A DNA stretch of 63,270 nt, the filler included. It is 5 parts of 5 records of this genome, joined end to end, with 100 filler letters (N's around TTAATTAATTAA, not from the genome) between each part and the next. Parts side by side here need not be neighbours in the genome. Positions count along the whole stretch, not along the records: positions 27,660 to 39,886 come from SRR20825010_179; positions 39,987 to 48,844 come from SRR20825010_180; 3 more parts are not named here. One strand, 5' to 3'. A model generated the notes under the pieces. That model was given only the letters and a program-made list of their open reading frames with translations, was not told the DNA's origin and searched no databases. Below, in pieces: positions 38,159-48,125 of this stretch (position 1 is its first letter; the number at the start of each line of letters is the position of its first letter). The translations under genes and the position numbers were made by a program.

Positions 38159-38217
38159 TTTAAAACAACAAGGGGTGCCCCACGCAGACGGCACCCTGAT
38201 GCGCTTTAGGAGACGCA

Positions 38218-39273
38218 ATGCCCTGGATGATATACGGTGCCAACGGTTACACCGGAGAGATGATTGCCCGCGAGGCCGCCAAACGCGGTATGCGCCCTAT
38301 TCTGGCTGGCAGAAATGAAGCAGCCATTACTGAACTGGCCAATAAACTAAGCCTTCCCAGCCGGTTTTTTTCCCTGGCTGATGAAGCAGAAATTCTGCAA
38401 GGTTTAAGTGAGGTTGATTTGGTTTTGCATTGCGCAGGGCCATTTTCTGAGACAGCCGAGCCCATGATGATGGCTTGCCTGCAAGCGAAAACCCATTATC
38501 TGGATATTACGGGCGAAATTTCCGTGTTCGAGTTGGCGCAATCGCTTGGCGGAAAGGCCAAAAAACAGAAAGTGGTGCTATGCCCTGGCGTGGGATTCGA
38601 TGTCATTCCCACCGATTGCGTTGCAGCAAGACTGCATGAACTGTTGCCCGACGCAACCCATTTGGCCCTTGGATTTGATTCCCGCAGTGGCTTGTCGGCA
38701 GGCACCGCCAAGACCACCGTTGAGGCCATGAAACTTGGTGGGCGCATTCGCGAGAATGGCGAGATCAAGGCCGTGGGATTGGGTTACAGCACCCGTGAAA
38801 TCAACTTTGGCAATGGCACCAAGTTTGCAGCCACCATTCCATGGGGCGATGTGTCCACTGCGTTTCACAGTACCGGCATTCGCAACATTGAGGTGTACAT
38901 TCCATCTTCACCAAAATCGGTGCGGATGATGCGTGCAGCCAATCTGGTCCGTCCAATTCTGGGCATGTCGCTGGTGCAAGGCATCCTGAAAAAACAGGCT
39001 GCCAAAGTGGAAGGCCCGAATGAAGAACAACGCGCCAAAATGCCAGCCTATGTGTGGGGTGAAGCCACCAATGCAGAAGGCAAAAAAGTGGTGGTGCGCG
39101 TGAAAACAGCCAATGGGTATTCGCTGACCGTCATGGGTTCGCTGGCCGTGGCCAGTTTTATCCTGATGGAAAAAAACATTGCGGGCGGCGCGTACACACC
39201 ATCCAGACTGATGGGCAGTGACCTGGTTGAACGCCTGGATGGTTGTGGAAAAATTCAGGTTTTTGAAGAGTAG
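38218..39273 (+). CDS. Saccharopine dehydrogenase-like oxidoreductase
   Basis: IYGANGYTG, LAGRN, HCAGPF, HYLDITGE and GFDVIPTD motifs. Confidence 0.9.
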   Translation: MPWMIYGANGYTGEMIAREAAKRGMRPILAGRNEAAITELANKLSLPSRFFSLADEAEILQGLSEVDLVLHCAGPFSETAEPMMMACLQAKTHYLDITGEISVFELAQSLGGKAKKQKVVLCPGVGFDVIPTDCVAARLHELLPDATHLALGFDSRSGLSAGTAKTTVEAMKLGGRIRENGEIKAVGLGYSTREINFGNGTKFAATIPWGDVSTAFHSTGIRNIEVYIPSSPKSVRMMRAANLVRPILGMSLVQGILKKQAAKVEGPNEEQRAKMPAYVWGEATNAEGKKVVVRVKTANGYSLTVMGSLAVASFILMEKNIAGGAYTPSRLMGSDLVERLDGCGKIQVFEE

Positions 39274-39296
39274 AAACCGGTGCAATCCCCCCCGGT

Positions 39297-39338
39297 AAAA
39301 AAATCCCTGAAGGCGATGTTGCCTGCAGGGATTTTTTT
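39297..39338. terminator. Bidirectional Rho-independent terminator
   Basis: A7-TCCCTG…CAGGGA-T7 between convergent genes. Confidence 0.85.
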
Positions 39339-39358
39339 ATAGACGGGTGAATTCTGAA

Positions 39359-39886
39359 TTACTTCTGGAATTCTTCGCTTTGAATTTTCCAGGCTCCGCC
39401 AGCTTTCGACAGGGTCAGGATTTTCATGCCCGAGTCTTTGTAGCTGTTTGAAGAATAATCCTGTTTGAACTTCACCATGGCCAAGGTCTCGGACTGCAAG
39501 TCGATCTGTACATCGGACAAATTAACCGAAATGGTCGCTGGCTGTGACAAGCGCGCACGGCGCTGTTTCTCCCACGACTGTCGTGATTTTTTGCCATGTT
39601 CAAATGTGGATGCATAAAAGCCCAGATAGCCCTCAACATCTTTTGCGGCCCAAGCGGCAGCCCAAGCATTCAACATGTCATTGATGGCGGCTGCATCGCC
39701 CACTTCAGAACCCACAGCCAAGCTGGGTTCTGGTGCCATTACTTCTTCTGCCGCAACAGCTTCGGGGGCCGCAACCTCTGGGGCGTCAACAACCGCCGTG
39801 TCGGCAGCTGGTGGTGGGGTCAATGGTGCAAGGCGAACCACTTTCTGATCTTTAAAATACACGGCATAAGGCACGAACTCTTCCCC
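39359..39886 (-). CDS. Protein with Pro/Ala linker and C-terminal NTF2-like (Cds6-type) domain, 5'-truncated
   Basis: WAAAWAAKDVEGYLGFYA…W…RRARL…VKFKQDYSS..YKD…K.L.L…WKI..E pattern. The frame is open up to the spacer. Confidence 0.7.
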   Translation of the reverse strand, partial: GEEFVPYAVYFKDQKVVRLAPLTPPPAADTAVVDAPEVAAPEAVAAEEVMAPEPSLAVGSEVGDAAAINDMLNAWAAAWAAKDVEGYLGFYASTFEHGKKSRQSWEKQRRARLSQPATISVNLSDVQIDLQSETLAMVKFKQDYSSNSYKDSGMKILTLSKAGGAWKIQSEEFQK

Positions 39887-39986
39887 NNNNNNNNNNNNNN
39901 NNNNNNNNNNNNNNNNNNNNNNNNNNNNNNTTAATTAATTAANNNNNNNNNNNNNNNNNNNNNNNNNNNNNNNNNNNNNNNNNNNN
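39887..39986. other. Artificial contig-joining spacer
   Basis: N44-TTAATTAATTAA-N44. Confidence 0.99.
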
Positions 39987-41021
39987 AATCGAAGATGTAT
40001 CAAGAATAGTGCCTAGAAACAGCATCAAGACCACATAGAAGAACATGATCTGAATGAAACCAAAATCACTCTCTCCCAGAAGCCGGTCCAGCTCATTAGG
40101 TAAACCAGCCAAACCAAGCATACGGCTATAGATCGACGCCGCTGTAATCAGGAACAGGATAGCTGCCGTAATGTGGCCGGTTTCAATCAGCGTTTCCCAA
40201 AGACCTCTCCAGGAGATAGAACGTCGCAAAACGGCGATACCAAGCCCCAACAACGCCCCGGCGGCACCGGCTTCAACCGGGGTCATCCAGCCAAGATAAA
40301 TTCCACCGATCACCGTTGCGATCAGAAATACCATCGGAAACGTTTTTGAAGCAATTTCCGACCATGGCATGGGTAGATAGTCTTCTGCCGCGCGACCACC
40401 GACAAAAGCCGGGGTAAAACGCCCCATTAAAAAAATCGCAACAAGATAAGCCCCTGCAAGCATCAAACCGGGAACAACACCTGCAATAAACATTGCCCCA
40501 ACTGATTGCTCGGCAACAAAGGAATAGATGATCAACATCGCGGAAGGCGGAATGATCATCCCCAACACGGACGATCCGGCTACGACACCAACGGCAAAAC
40601 GTGGGTTATAATCGTACTTAAGCATTTCCGGGACAGCGACCTTGGAAAACACCGAAGCTGATGCAATGGAACTTCCGGTGACAGCAGCAAACCCGGCATT
40701 TGCACCGACCGTTGCCATACCAATCCCGCCTCGCACCCGGCGGAATGAGGTACTCATCACCGCATAAAGGTCAGATCCAAGACCGGCCCTTGAGACAACA
40801 AGTCCCATGAAACTAAACAAGGGAACTGTCGCAAAAGTGTATTCCATTGCGCTTTCGCTGACCGCAATTTTCAGCAGATTAAGCGCCAACTCAAAGTTAT
40901 CGCGCATCAACCAGATTGCGACAAAGGACACAGCACTCAGCGCTATTGGAATATAAACGCCAAAATATATAAGCGATACGATGGCAACAACCGAAAGGCC
41001 GCCAATTTCAATGGGGGTCAT
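39987..41021 (-). CDS. dctM: TRAP transporter large permease, 3'-truncated
   Basis: TVPLF, FAAVTGSS, LGMIIPPS and TPVEAG motifs. Confidence 0.92.
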
Positions 41022-41596
41022 TCGCTTTCCACTTCTTCTGCATTGGCCCGCCTAAGTGGCGCAATCACCCGCAGAACAAAGATTGCTCCACATAGGCAAG
41101 AACTGACCAGAATGGTTAGCTTGATCGGCCACCACGGCGCGGTGAAGACACCCGGTATTCCGAAGTAGTCCTGGCTTTCCCACATCTCGACAAAAAGTGG
41201 AAAAGAGGCTACAGCGATCAAGGCCATAATCACGAAAGACAAAGCATCGATCAATCGACGCATAGCCCCCGCCAAGACAGGACTAAACAGCTCAAGAAGG
41301 ACAAGAAACCCTTCAGAACGCGTTAGTCGGCCCGCGCGAATGACATCAGGCAACTGAAGAAATACAATCAACACCATCGCAAACTGCACAAGCTCGATGG
41401 CACCGTGAAGTGGCCGGTGAAAAAGGGTTCTCGCCAGCATGTCGTAATTCACAACAACAACCAGCGCCAGAACCATCAGCGTCCCGGTCACATTGGCTAA
41501 CACTGAAGTCCGCTCGATGAGCTTTGTCAAACCGGCATGAAGGCACCGGTACCAACGTAGTACCGGTGCTTCAATCAAATCTGCCCTGCCTGTCAA
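41018..41596 (-). CDS. dctQ: TRAP transporter small permease
   Basis: Four TM segments; PLHGAIELV and PWWPIK motifs. Overlaps both neighbours by 4 nt. Confidence 0.85.
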   Translation of the reverse strand: MTGRADLIEAPVLRWYRCLHAGLTKLIERTSVLANVTGTLMVLALVVVVNYDMLARTLFHRPLHGAIELVQFAMVLIVFLQLPDVIRAGRLTRSEGFLVLLELFSPVLAGAMRRLIDALSFVIMALIAVASFPLFVEMWESQDYFGIPGVFTAPWWPIKLTILVSSCLCGAIFVLRVIAPLRRANAEEVESE

Positions 41597-42675
41597 TTCG
41601 ACAGCCCCGCAGACCAGTCACGCAATGTGACACTGCCACCAGCAGAAAGCTTGGCAAGATAGGCCTTTAGCATTTCCGATCCCGGATGACCGTTTTCATT
41701 AAGGTCTTTCGCCCATTCACCGGCAATGTCGGGCATGGAATCGGCCCATGCTTTACGCTCTGCGTCACTCATATTTACGATCGTGCCGCCTGCTGCCATA
41801 AAGGCGACATGACTTTCAGCAGCTTTTGACATAGCAAGTTCGGCAAGATGATCGCGATAGGAAATCGCGACTTCCTGAATGACCGTTTTGACTTCATCCG
41901 GCAGGCCATTCCAGTAGTCCTTGTTCGCGGTCACGGTTTTCGTATTCACCGCACCGAGATTGGCATTCAACATGTAAGGTGCAACTTCGGCGATCTTGAA
42001 TGTCGCTGCGGCTTCCGGCCAAAGCATGGCGTGTTCGACCAAATCAGTCTGCAACATATTATAGAAGTCCGTTAGTCCACCACGCACACCAACGGCACCC
42101 TCGATACCTTCGACATAGCGCAGGTTCATACCTGCCCCAGCGATTTTCGCGCCATTAAGATCTGCAAGAGATGCGACCTCAGACTTCGAGAAAAGCTGAT
42201 AAGTATCAAGAACAACACCTGTCGTCAGATAAACCTGATTTTGCTTTTCGAATTCCGCCTGCATTGTTGGGAATTCTCGTGCAATTTCGTCAACTGCACG
42301 TGCAACCACACGGGCATCGGCCGAAACAAATGGTGTTACCGCTGAAATGGCCTGACTTGGTAGTTTCGACGAATGGAAAATCGTCGTCACAATACCGATA
42401 TCGCCCAGACCAAGCTGGATACCTTCCAGCACACCACGCGGCTTAACAACGGTACCGCCGTAACTCTCACGCCAGTCCATCTTATAATTGCCCGTCTCGG
42501 CCAGACGCTTATCCACTTCCGGGATAAAGAAATTGCTGAATTCCTGCACCCACATTGCCCGCGCGGGATATCCGTCAATCACATTGGCTACAATGACTTC
42601 CTGTGCCGTGGCTGGCACAACAGCAAGAACGGTTAATGCCGCACCTGCTGCCATTCTCATAAGTTTAGTCTTCAT
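41593..42675 (-). CDS. dctP: TRAP transporter solute-binding protein
   Basis: Signal peptide (ATA-Q); GLGDIG, SLADLNGAKI, EVAPY and WNGLPDEVK motifs. AGGGAGG RBS. Confidence 0.88.
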   Translation of the reverse strand: MKTKLMRMAAGAALTVLAVVPATAQEVIVANVIDGYPARAMWVQEFSNFFIPEVDKRLAETGNYKMDWRESYGGTVVKPRGVLEGIQLGLGDIGIVTTIFHSSKLPSQAISAVTPFVSADARVVARAVDEIAREFPTMQAEFEKQNQVYLTTGVVLDTYQLFSKSEVASLADLNGAKIAGAGMNLRYVEGIEGAVGVRGGLTDFYNMLQTDLVEHAMLWPEAAATFKIAEVAPYMLNANLGAVNTKTVTANKDYWNGLPDEVKTVIQEVAISYRDHLAELAMSKAAESHVAFMAAGGTIVNMSDAERKAWADSMPDIAGEWAKDLNENGHPGSEMLKAYLAKLSAGGSVTLRDWSAGLSN

Positions 42676-42792
42676 CTGATCCTCCCTGATTTGCGCTTTG
42701 CGCGATTTCGAAGCCAACCCAACAAGAGGATCAACAACGACATTTTTTAGCTTGATCTGATCCGGACTGCGGTTTTCTTCTCCGCATGATGG

Positions 42793-43443
42793 TTAGGAAA
42801 TGCTGCACACCTCATCAAATGCGAAACGTGGTAACTTCTGGAAGAGTGCCTTTTCATCTGCATAACCAATATTGCAGAGGAAATTCGACTTCCATCCGTT
42901 CTGTGAAAAGAACTCTTTATCGACAATCTCGTTCGAAAATCCCGACATCGCCCCAACATCAAGACCAAGGGCGCGTGCAGCAATCATGAAGTAGGCCCCC
43001 TGAAGCGTTGAGTTTCGAAGTGCCGTAATCTCGCAATGTTCCGGTTTTCCTTCGAAATGCGGGCGCCGATCTTCGTGTGGAAACAGAAAAGGCAATTGCG
43101 TCCAGAATTCAGGATCATATGCGATAATAGCCGTTACCGGTGCGGCCATCATCTTGTCGATATTTTTCGCTTTTAACGCCTTTGCCAACCGTTCTTTGTT
43201 TTCCGCATCACGCACAAACACAAAGCGGGCAGGACAGGTATTCATGCTCGTCGGGCCAGCAATCGTGATGTCATACAACTCTCGCAGAACTGCATCAGTT
43301 ACAGGCTTGTCCGTCCAAGCGTAATGCGAACGTGCTTTTCTCAGGATAACGTCAATAGACGCCTCATCAAGATGGCGCTTGGCAGCACGCACGGCCATCA
43401 CTTCTTCCTGAGCTGCCTGCGGTGATGATGTTGCGTCACTCAT
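42793..43443 (-). CDS. RutE-like nitroreductase (malonic semialdehyde reductase family)
   Basis: ARSHYAW, GPTSMNTCPARFVF, RNSTLQGAY, AARALGLDVGAMSGF and NFLCNIGY motifs. TGATG overlap with the upstream FAH gene. Confidence 0.88.
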   Translation of the reverse strand: MSDATSSPQAAQEEVMAVRAAKRHLDEASIDVILRKARSHYAWTDKPVTDAVLRELYDITIAGPTSMNTCPARFVFVRDAENKERLAKALKAKNIDKMMAAPVTAIIAYDPEFWTQLPFLFPHEDRRPHFEGKPEHCEITALRNSTLQGAYFMIAARALGLDVGAMSGFSNEIVDKEFFSQNGWKSNFLCNIGYADEKALFQKLPRFAFDEVCSIS

Positions 43444-44321
43444 CAAGCAGCCCCAGCAACAAGAGCAGCTTCGTCGACAATTGGATTTGAACAAATACCA
43501 ATTTGTTCAATTTCAATCTCCACGACCTCGCCGGGGCACAGCCAACGCGGATGCGGTTTTTTGGCATGACCCACGCCAGGAGGCGTGCCCATCGCAATCA
43601 AATCTCCCGCTTCAAGTGTCGTAAACTCTGACATGATCGCAATCGCCTGTGCAACGGACCAAATCATATTGCCTGTATTGGAACTTTGCAGAACTTCGTC
43701 CCCGACACGGCTTTCAATCTTAAGACCTTTTGCTCCCTCAGGAAGATCATCTGTCGTAACAACGAATGGCCCAATCGCACCGGTCTTGTCGAAATTCTTA
43801 CCCGGCGTCCATTGATGTGTTTTGCGTTGATAGTCCCGGACAGAACCATCATTGAACACCGTATAACCAAAGACGTGATCAAGTGCATTTTCTTCAGAGA
43901 TATGCCGACCACCCTTACCGATCACAACCATCAGTTCTGCCTCATAGTCGAGCTTCTCAGAACAGCTCGGCCGAACAAGAGGCTCCCCCGCAGCCATGAT
44001 TGACTGGCGGGTACGCATGAAAATGGCCGGATAATCGGGAATGTCGTAACCACCTTCCTTGATATGCTCAATATAGTTCAACCCAAGACACAGGATCTTA
44101 CCCGGGTTGTTTATCGACAAGGCCGGTGTGATATCCGAAACGTCAACAGCACTTTGACCAACCGTTAGTTCCTGCGCCTGTTTCAACAGGTCGGGATTGC
44201 CGATCAGTCCCGCCAAGTCACAGCCAACACCTGAAAGCGCTTGCGTCAGATTGACCGCTTTTCCTTGGTCCACCTTGTATACGGACGTTGCACCGTCATA
44301 AGTGCCCACCAGAAGTTTCAT
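43443..44321 (-). CDS. Fumarylacetoacetate hydrolase family protein
   Basis: KILCLGLNY..H, LDYEAEL, NDGSVRDYQ, GKNFD and GTPPGVG motifs. Start at ATG 44321. Confidence 0.93.
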   Translation of the reverse strand: MKLLVGTYDGATSVYKVDQGKAVNLTQALSGVGCDLAGLIGNPDLLKQAQELTVGQSAVDVSDITPALSINNPGKILCLGLNYIEHIKEGGYDIPDYPAIFMRTRQSIMAAGEPLVRPSCSEKLDYEAELMVVIGKGGRHISEENALDHVFGYTVFNDGSVRDYQRKTHQWTPGKNFDKTGAIGPFVVTTDDLPEGAKGLKIESRVGDEVLQSSNTGNMIWSVAQAIAIMSEFTTLEAGDLIAMGTPPGVGHAKKPHPRWLCPGEVVEIEIEQIGICSNPIVDEAALVAGAA

Positions 44322-44407
44322 ATCAATTCCTCTATTTGGTTTTTTCTTCTTTTGCCGATAAAAATGTCGTATGTCAATTAATATCGATATTTTTAGAAAG
44401 GTGTCAC

Positions 44408-44794
44408 ATGCCCGAATGGAACGATTACAAAGCAGAGGCATCCGCACGCGGTGCGCTGGCGCTTGAGCTGTATGTCGTGTTCTCAACACCAACAGGTGAC
44501 GTGGAAAAACTGGCTGCAACGCTGCCAGACCATCTTGCCTATCAACGCAAGCTTGAACAAAACGGCCATCTTGTCATGGCCGGACCAATGTCCAACGAAG
44601 CCGGCACACATATCGAAGGTGCAGGATTGATGGTTTACAGGGCTTCATCCCTTGATGCGGCACGCGCCTTGGCAGAAGACGATCCAATGCATCGACAAAG
44701 TGCCCGGCGGTTTGAATTGCGCCGATGGCTGGTCAATGAAGGGGCGTTGTCCCTGTCAGTCGGTCTATCGACAAAATCGGTGGAACTCAGGTGA
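44408..44794 (+). CDS. YciI family protein
   Basis: HLAYQ…AGP…G…DPMH (His/Asp pair). AAAGG RBS before ATG 44408. Confidence 0.85.
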   Translation: MPEWNDYKAEASARGALALELYVVFSTPTGDVEKLAATLPDHLAYQRKLEQNGHLVMAGPMSNEAGTHIEGAGLMVYRASSLDAARALAEDDPMHRQSARRFELRRWLVNEGALSLSVGLSTKSVELR

Positions 44795-45024
44795 TGCCGT
44801 TCGAACGCCTCTCGACAAAGCAAGCGGCTCCAAAGCACCGGTCCAAACATCAAGACCATCCTGATCACAGAACAATAGATACATGTTGTTGAAGCACAAC
44901 TGACCGAGTCGGTTCACCCAACAGCATCCCGAGACCAAGAAACCGCAAGATGCCATCAACGGCACAAACATACTGGCACAGCCAGTCCTCAAATTTTGAG
45001 TAAGACACCACAGGGAGAAGACCA

Positions 45025-46056
45025 ATGAGAAAAGCACTGATAACGACATCGGCAATGGCAGCACTGCTTCTAGGGCAGTCCGCGATCGCAGCCAATATTG
45101 ATGGCCCGTCCGTATTCTGGAAAATTTCCATGTATGGCAACCCACGTGCCCTGACATCGGGCATGGAAGCACTTGCTGAGAAGGTCAAAGAAGAAACCGG
45201 CGGCAAATTCCAGATCAAAATCTTTTATGCAGAGCAACTTGGCCCAGCACGCGAAGCGCTAGACGGTCTGAAATTGAATGCGTTTGAAGGGGCCGGGATT
45301 TGTAATTTCTATCACCCAGGCAAAAATCCCGCATGGATGGTCTTCTCTCTCCCCTTCTTGCCGATCGGCGAACCAGAAGTTGACATCTATGTGCGCAAAA
45401 AGATGTTCGAACATCCGGCAATTGTCGCAGACATGGAAAAATGGAATGCGATCCCCTATGCCTCTGGCCTGCTCCCGCAGTTCGAATTCATGGGCAAGGG
45501 AACTCCCCCAGAAAAACTTGAAGACTGGAAAGGCCTTCAGATCCGTGCCGGTGGTGGATTGGGCGATGCGATGGAACAGCTTGGCGCAACCAAGCAGACC
45601 CTGTCGGCGACTGAAACTCTCACCGCATTCCAGAACGGCACAATTGATGCGGCTGCATTTCCATTCACCTATGCCCATGCCGCCTTCAAGATCAATGAAG
45701 AAGCCGACTGGTACACCGCCAACATGGCACCCGGAACATCGGAATGCGGCTGGGTACTGAACAAAACATCGTTTGAAGCGCTGCCAGATTCTTATCAATC
45801 ACTCTTGATGGACAATCGCGATCTGGTTTTAGAAACAGCACAGCGCGCTTATGCCAAACAAGATGCCGTCAATCTGGTGAAGTTCGAAAACACGCTGCAC
45901 AAAATCGAATATAGCGAAGAAAAACTCGATCAATTCCGTGAGGTGGCCGGTCAACCAATCTGGAATGAATGGGTCAAGGAAAACCAATCATCGTTCGATG
46001 CACAAGGTGTTCTTGATGCGTTGCTGGGTTACGCAGCAGAAGCCCGAAAACAATAA
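45025..46056 (+). CDS. dctP: TRAP transporter solute-binding protein
   Basis: Signal peptide (AIA-A); EETGGKFQIKI, SLPFL, GLQIR, GTIDAA and FEALPD motifs. Confidence 0.9.
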   Translation: MRKALITTSAMAALLLGQSAIAANIDGPSVFWKISMYGNPRALTSGMEALAEKVKEETGGKFQIKIFYAEQLGPAREALDGLKLNAFEGAGICNFYHPGKNPAWMVFSLPFLPIGEPEVDIYVRKKMFEHPAIVADMEKWNAIPYASGLLPQFEFMGKGTPPEKLEDWKGLQIRAGGGLGDAMEQLGATKQTLSATETLTAFQNGTIDAAAFPFTYAHAAFKINEEADWYTANMAPGTSECGWVLNKTSFEALPDSYQSLLMDNRDLVLETAQRAYAKQDAVNLVKFENTLHKIEYSEEKLDQFREVAGQPIWNEWVKENQSSFDAQGVLDALLGYAAEARKQ

Positions 46057-46082
46057 GCAGCACCAACAACGCACCTGAAAAG

Positions 46083-46109
46083 GCAGGACGGATGAGCAAT
46101 CCGTCCTGC
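46083..46109 (+). other. Intercistronic stem-loop between dctP and dctQ
   Basis: GCAGGACGGAT-GAGCA-ATCCGTCCTGC, with no U-tract. Confidence 0.6.
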
Positions 46110-46143
46110 ACCCAACCTGAACCAAACTATTTTACGGAACCAC

Positions 46144-46779
46144 ATGATGACCGATAGCCCCAAACCTTCAAACAGAGCTCCGCAAGGCATTGTCGGCAGA
46201 ATGGATCGGTGGCTCTCTCCTGTTGAAAACGCCACCAATCTTGTCGCAGCGACCTTTATCTTTCTGCTGATGCTCTTGGGAATAGCGCAAATCACCCTAC
46301 GCAGTGTCTTAGGGATACCGATTTCAGGATATATCGATCTGGTCGAACTTTCGATGGCAGGGATGGCTTTTCTGGGGGCTGCCTATACCCAACGCCTGGG
46401 TGGACACGTCCGTATGGAACTGGTGGTTGGCAACCTCAAAGGACGCGCCTATTGGCTGGCCGAAATCATTGGCCTAATTGTTGGTATGGCCATCATAGCG
46501 ATCCTAACTTGGTACAGCGCCGAGCATTTCCTTCGGTCCTATCAACTGGGTGATACGACCATTGATGCAGAGTTTCCGGTTTGGCCCTCAAAGTTGCTAG
46601 TGCCGATTGCTTTCACGTTTTGGTTTCTCCGCCTGACAATCCAGCTTGTCGGCTCTCTAAGACTTGTCCTTGATCCGACGAAATCACCAGAAGGTGTTGT
46701 TCTGGTCAAGGACGCCGCTGAAACCGCCAGGGAAGAAGCGCACGATGCGCTGAGTACCCCCGCAACGAAGGAAGCCTGA
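46144..46779 (+). CDS. dctQ: TRAP transporter small permease
   Basis: AYTQRLGGHVRME and PVWPSK motifs, four TM segments. Confidence 0.9.
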   Translation: MMTDSPKPSNRAPQGIVGRMDRWLSPVENATNLVAATFIFLLMLLGIAQITLRSVLGIPISGYIDLVELSMAGMAFLGAAYTQRLGGHVRMELVVGNLKGRAYWLAEIIGLIVGMAIIAILTWYSAEHFLRSYQLGDTTIDAEFPVWPSKLLVPIAFTFWFLRLTIQLVGSLRLVLDPTKSPEGVVLVKDAAETAREEAHDALSTPATKEA

Positions 46780-46783
46780 GGCC

Positions 46784-48106
46784 ATGCTGATAGGACTAGG
46801 ATTTGAACACCCGCTGCTGGTTGGTGCGATCGGCATTAGCCTACTTGTTTTGCTGGTATTTCTTGGGGTCCGTGTTGTTTTTGCTGCAGCCGTCGTTGGC
46901 CTCCTTGGTCTGGTTGAGTTAATCGGATGGGGCCCTGCTGCAGGCGTCGTCGGCATTGTTCCGCACGCAAAATCAACCATCTACGCCCTAAGCGTCCTTC
47001 CGATGTTTATCTTCATCGGGTTCGTCGCTTTTCATGCAGGCATGACCGCACAGCTGTTTAACGCGGCTCAGAAATGGCTTGGCTGGCTTCCGGGCGGCAT
47101 GGCCGTCGCTACGGTTCTTGCCACTGCCGGGTTCGCGGCAGTTTCGGGCGCCTCAACCGCGACATCAGCGGTTTTCTCGCGGGTCGCCATCCCCGAAATG
47201 CTAAAATATGGATATGACCGTCGCCTGGCTGCTGGGGTAGTCGCTGCTGGCGGCACCCTTGCAACTCTAATTCCACCATCGGCAATTTTGGTCATCTACG
47301 CGATTATCGTCGAAGAATCTGTTGGACGGTTATTGTTGGCAGGTTTCCTTCCAGGACTAGTCTCAGCCCTCATATATGCATTGATCATTGTGTTATGGGC
47401 AATGGTACGTCCAGAGGCCGCGCCCTCCGTGCCAGGTGCCACCTGGACAGAACGGGTAACGTCATTGCCACCACTGATGCCGATCATGCTGGTCGTCACC
47501 GTTATTATTTCAGCGATCTCTCAAGGCTGGGCAACCCCTACAGAAGCAGGTGCCCTTGGAGCCGGTATTGTTTTTGCCGTCGCGATATTTCGGGGTGTCG
47601 GCGTAAAATCTATCACTGCATCCCTGATGGAATCTGCAAAACTGACCGTAATGATCTTTTCGCTTATTTGGGGTGTGACGATCTTCGTTCGTTTTCTCGG
47701 ATTCTCTGGCGTCGCCGAGGCCTTTACAGCCTGGGTCGTTTCAATTGACGCACCTCCGATGGTAATCATGATTTGTATTCTGTTGGCCTATGCCATTCTC
47801 GGCATGTTCATGGATGCCATTGGAATGCTTCTTTTGACGCTGCCAGTTGTCTATCCGGCTGTGATGGCATTGGGGTTCGATTCCATCTGGTTTGGGATCA
47901 TTGTTGTCAAAATGGCGGAGATCTGCCTTGTCACCCCCCCAATCGGACTGAACTGCTTTGTCGTTAACGCCGTCAGACCAGACATCCCCTTGCCCGATGT
48001 TTTCCGGGGCATCATGCTATTTTTCATTGCGGACGTCGTCACAATCATCGTCCTGCTGGCATTTCCGGAAATCGTTACCTGGCTCCCAGACCTGATGCGC
48101 AATTAA
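46784..48106 (+). CDS. dctM: TRAP transporter large permease
   Basis: FAAVSGAS, GGTLATLIPPS, ATPTEAG, TPPIGLN and FPEIVTWLP motifs. Confidence 0.94.
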   Translation: MLIGLGFEHPLLVGAIGISLLVLLVFLGVRVVFAAAVVGLLGLVELIGWGPAAGVVGIVPHAKSTIYALSVLPMFIFIGFVAFHAGMTAQLFNAAQKWLGWLPGGMAVATVLATAGFAAVSGASTATSAVFSRVAIPEMLKYGYDRRLAAGVVAAGGTLATLIPPSAILVIYAIIVEESVGRLLLAGFLPGLVSALIYALIIVLWAMVRPEAAPSVPGATWTERVTSLPPLMPIMLVVTVIISAISQGWATPTEAGALGAGIVFAVAIFRGVGVKSITASLMESAKLTVMIFSLIWGVTIFVRFLGFSGVAEAFTAWVVSIDAPPMVIMICILLAYAILGMFMDAIGMLLLTLPVVYPAVMALGFDSIWFGIIVVKMAEICLVTPPIGLNCFVVNAVRPDIPLPDVFRGIMLFFIADVVTIIVLLAFPEIVTWLPDLMRN

Positions 48107-48125
48107 TCCCAAGGAAGAATACACG

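Noticed and set aside
44288..44519. Apparent overlap of the FAH and YciI ORFs
   Set aside because: Artefact of longest-ORF starts. The supported starts are 44321 (-) and 44408 (+).
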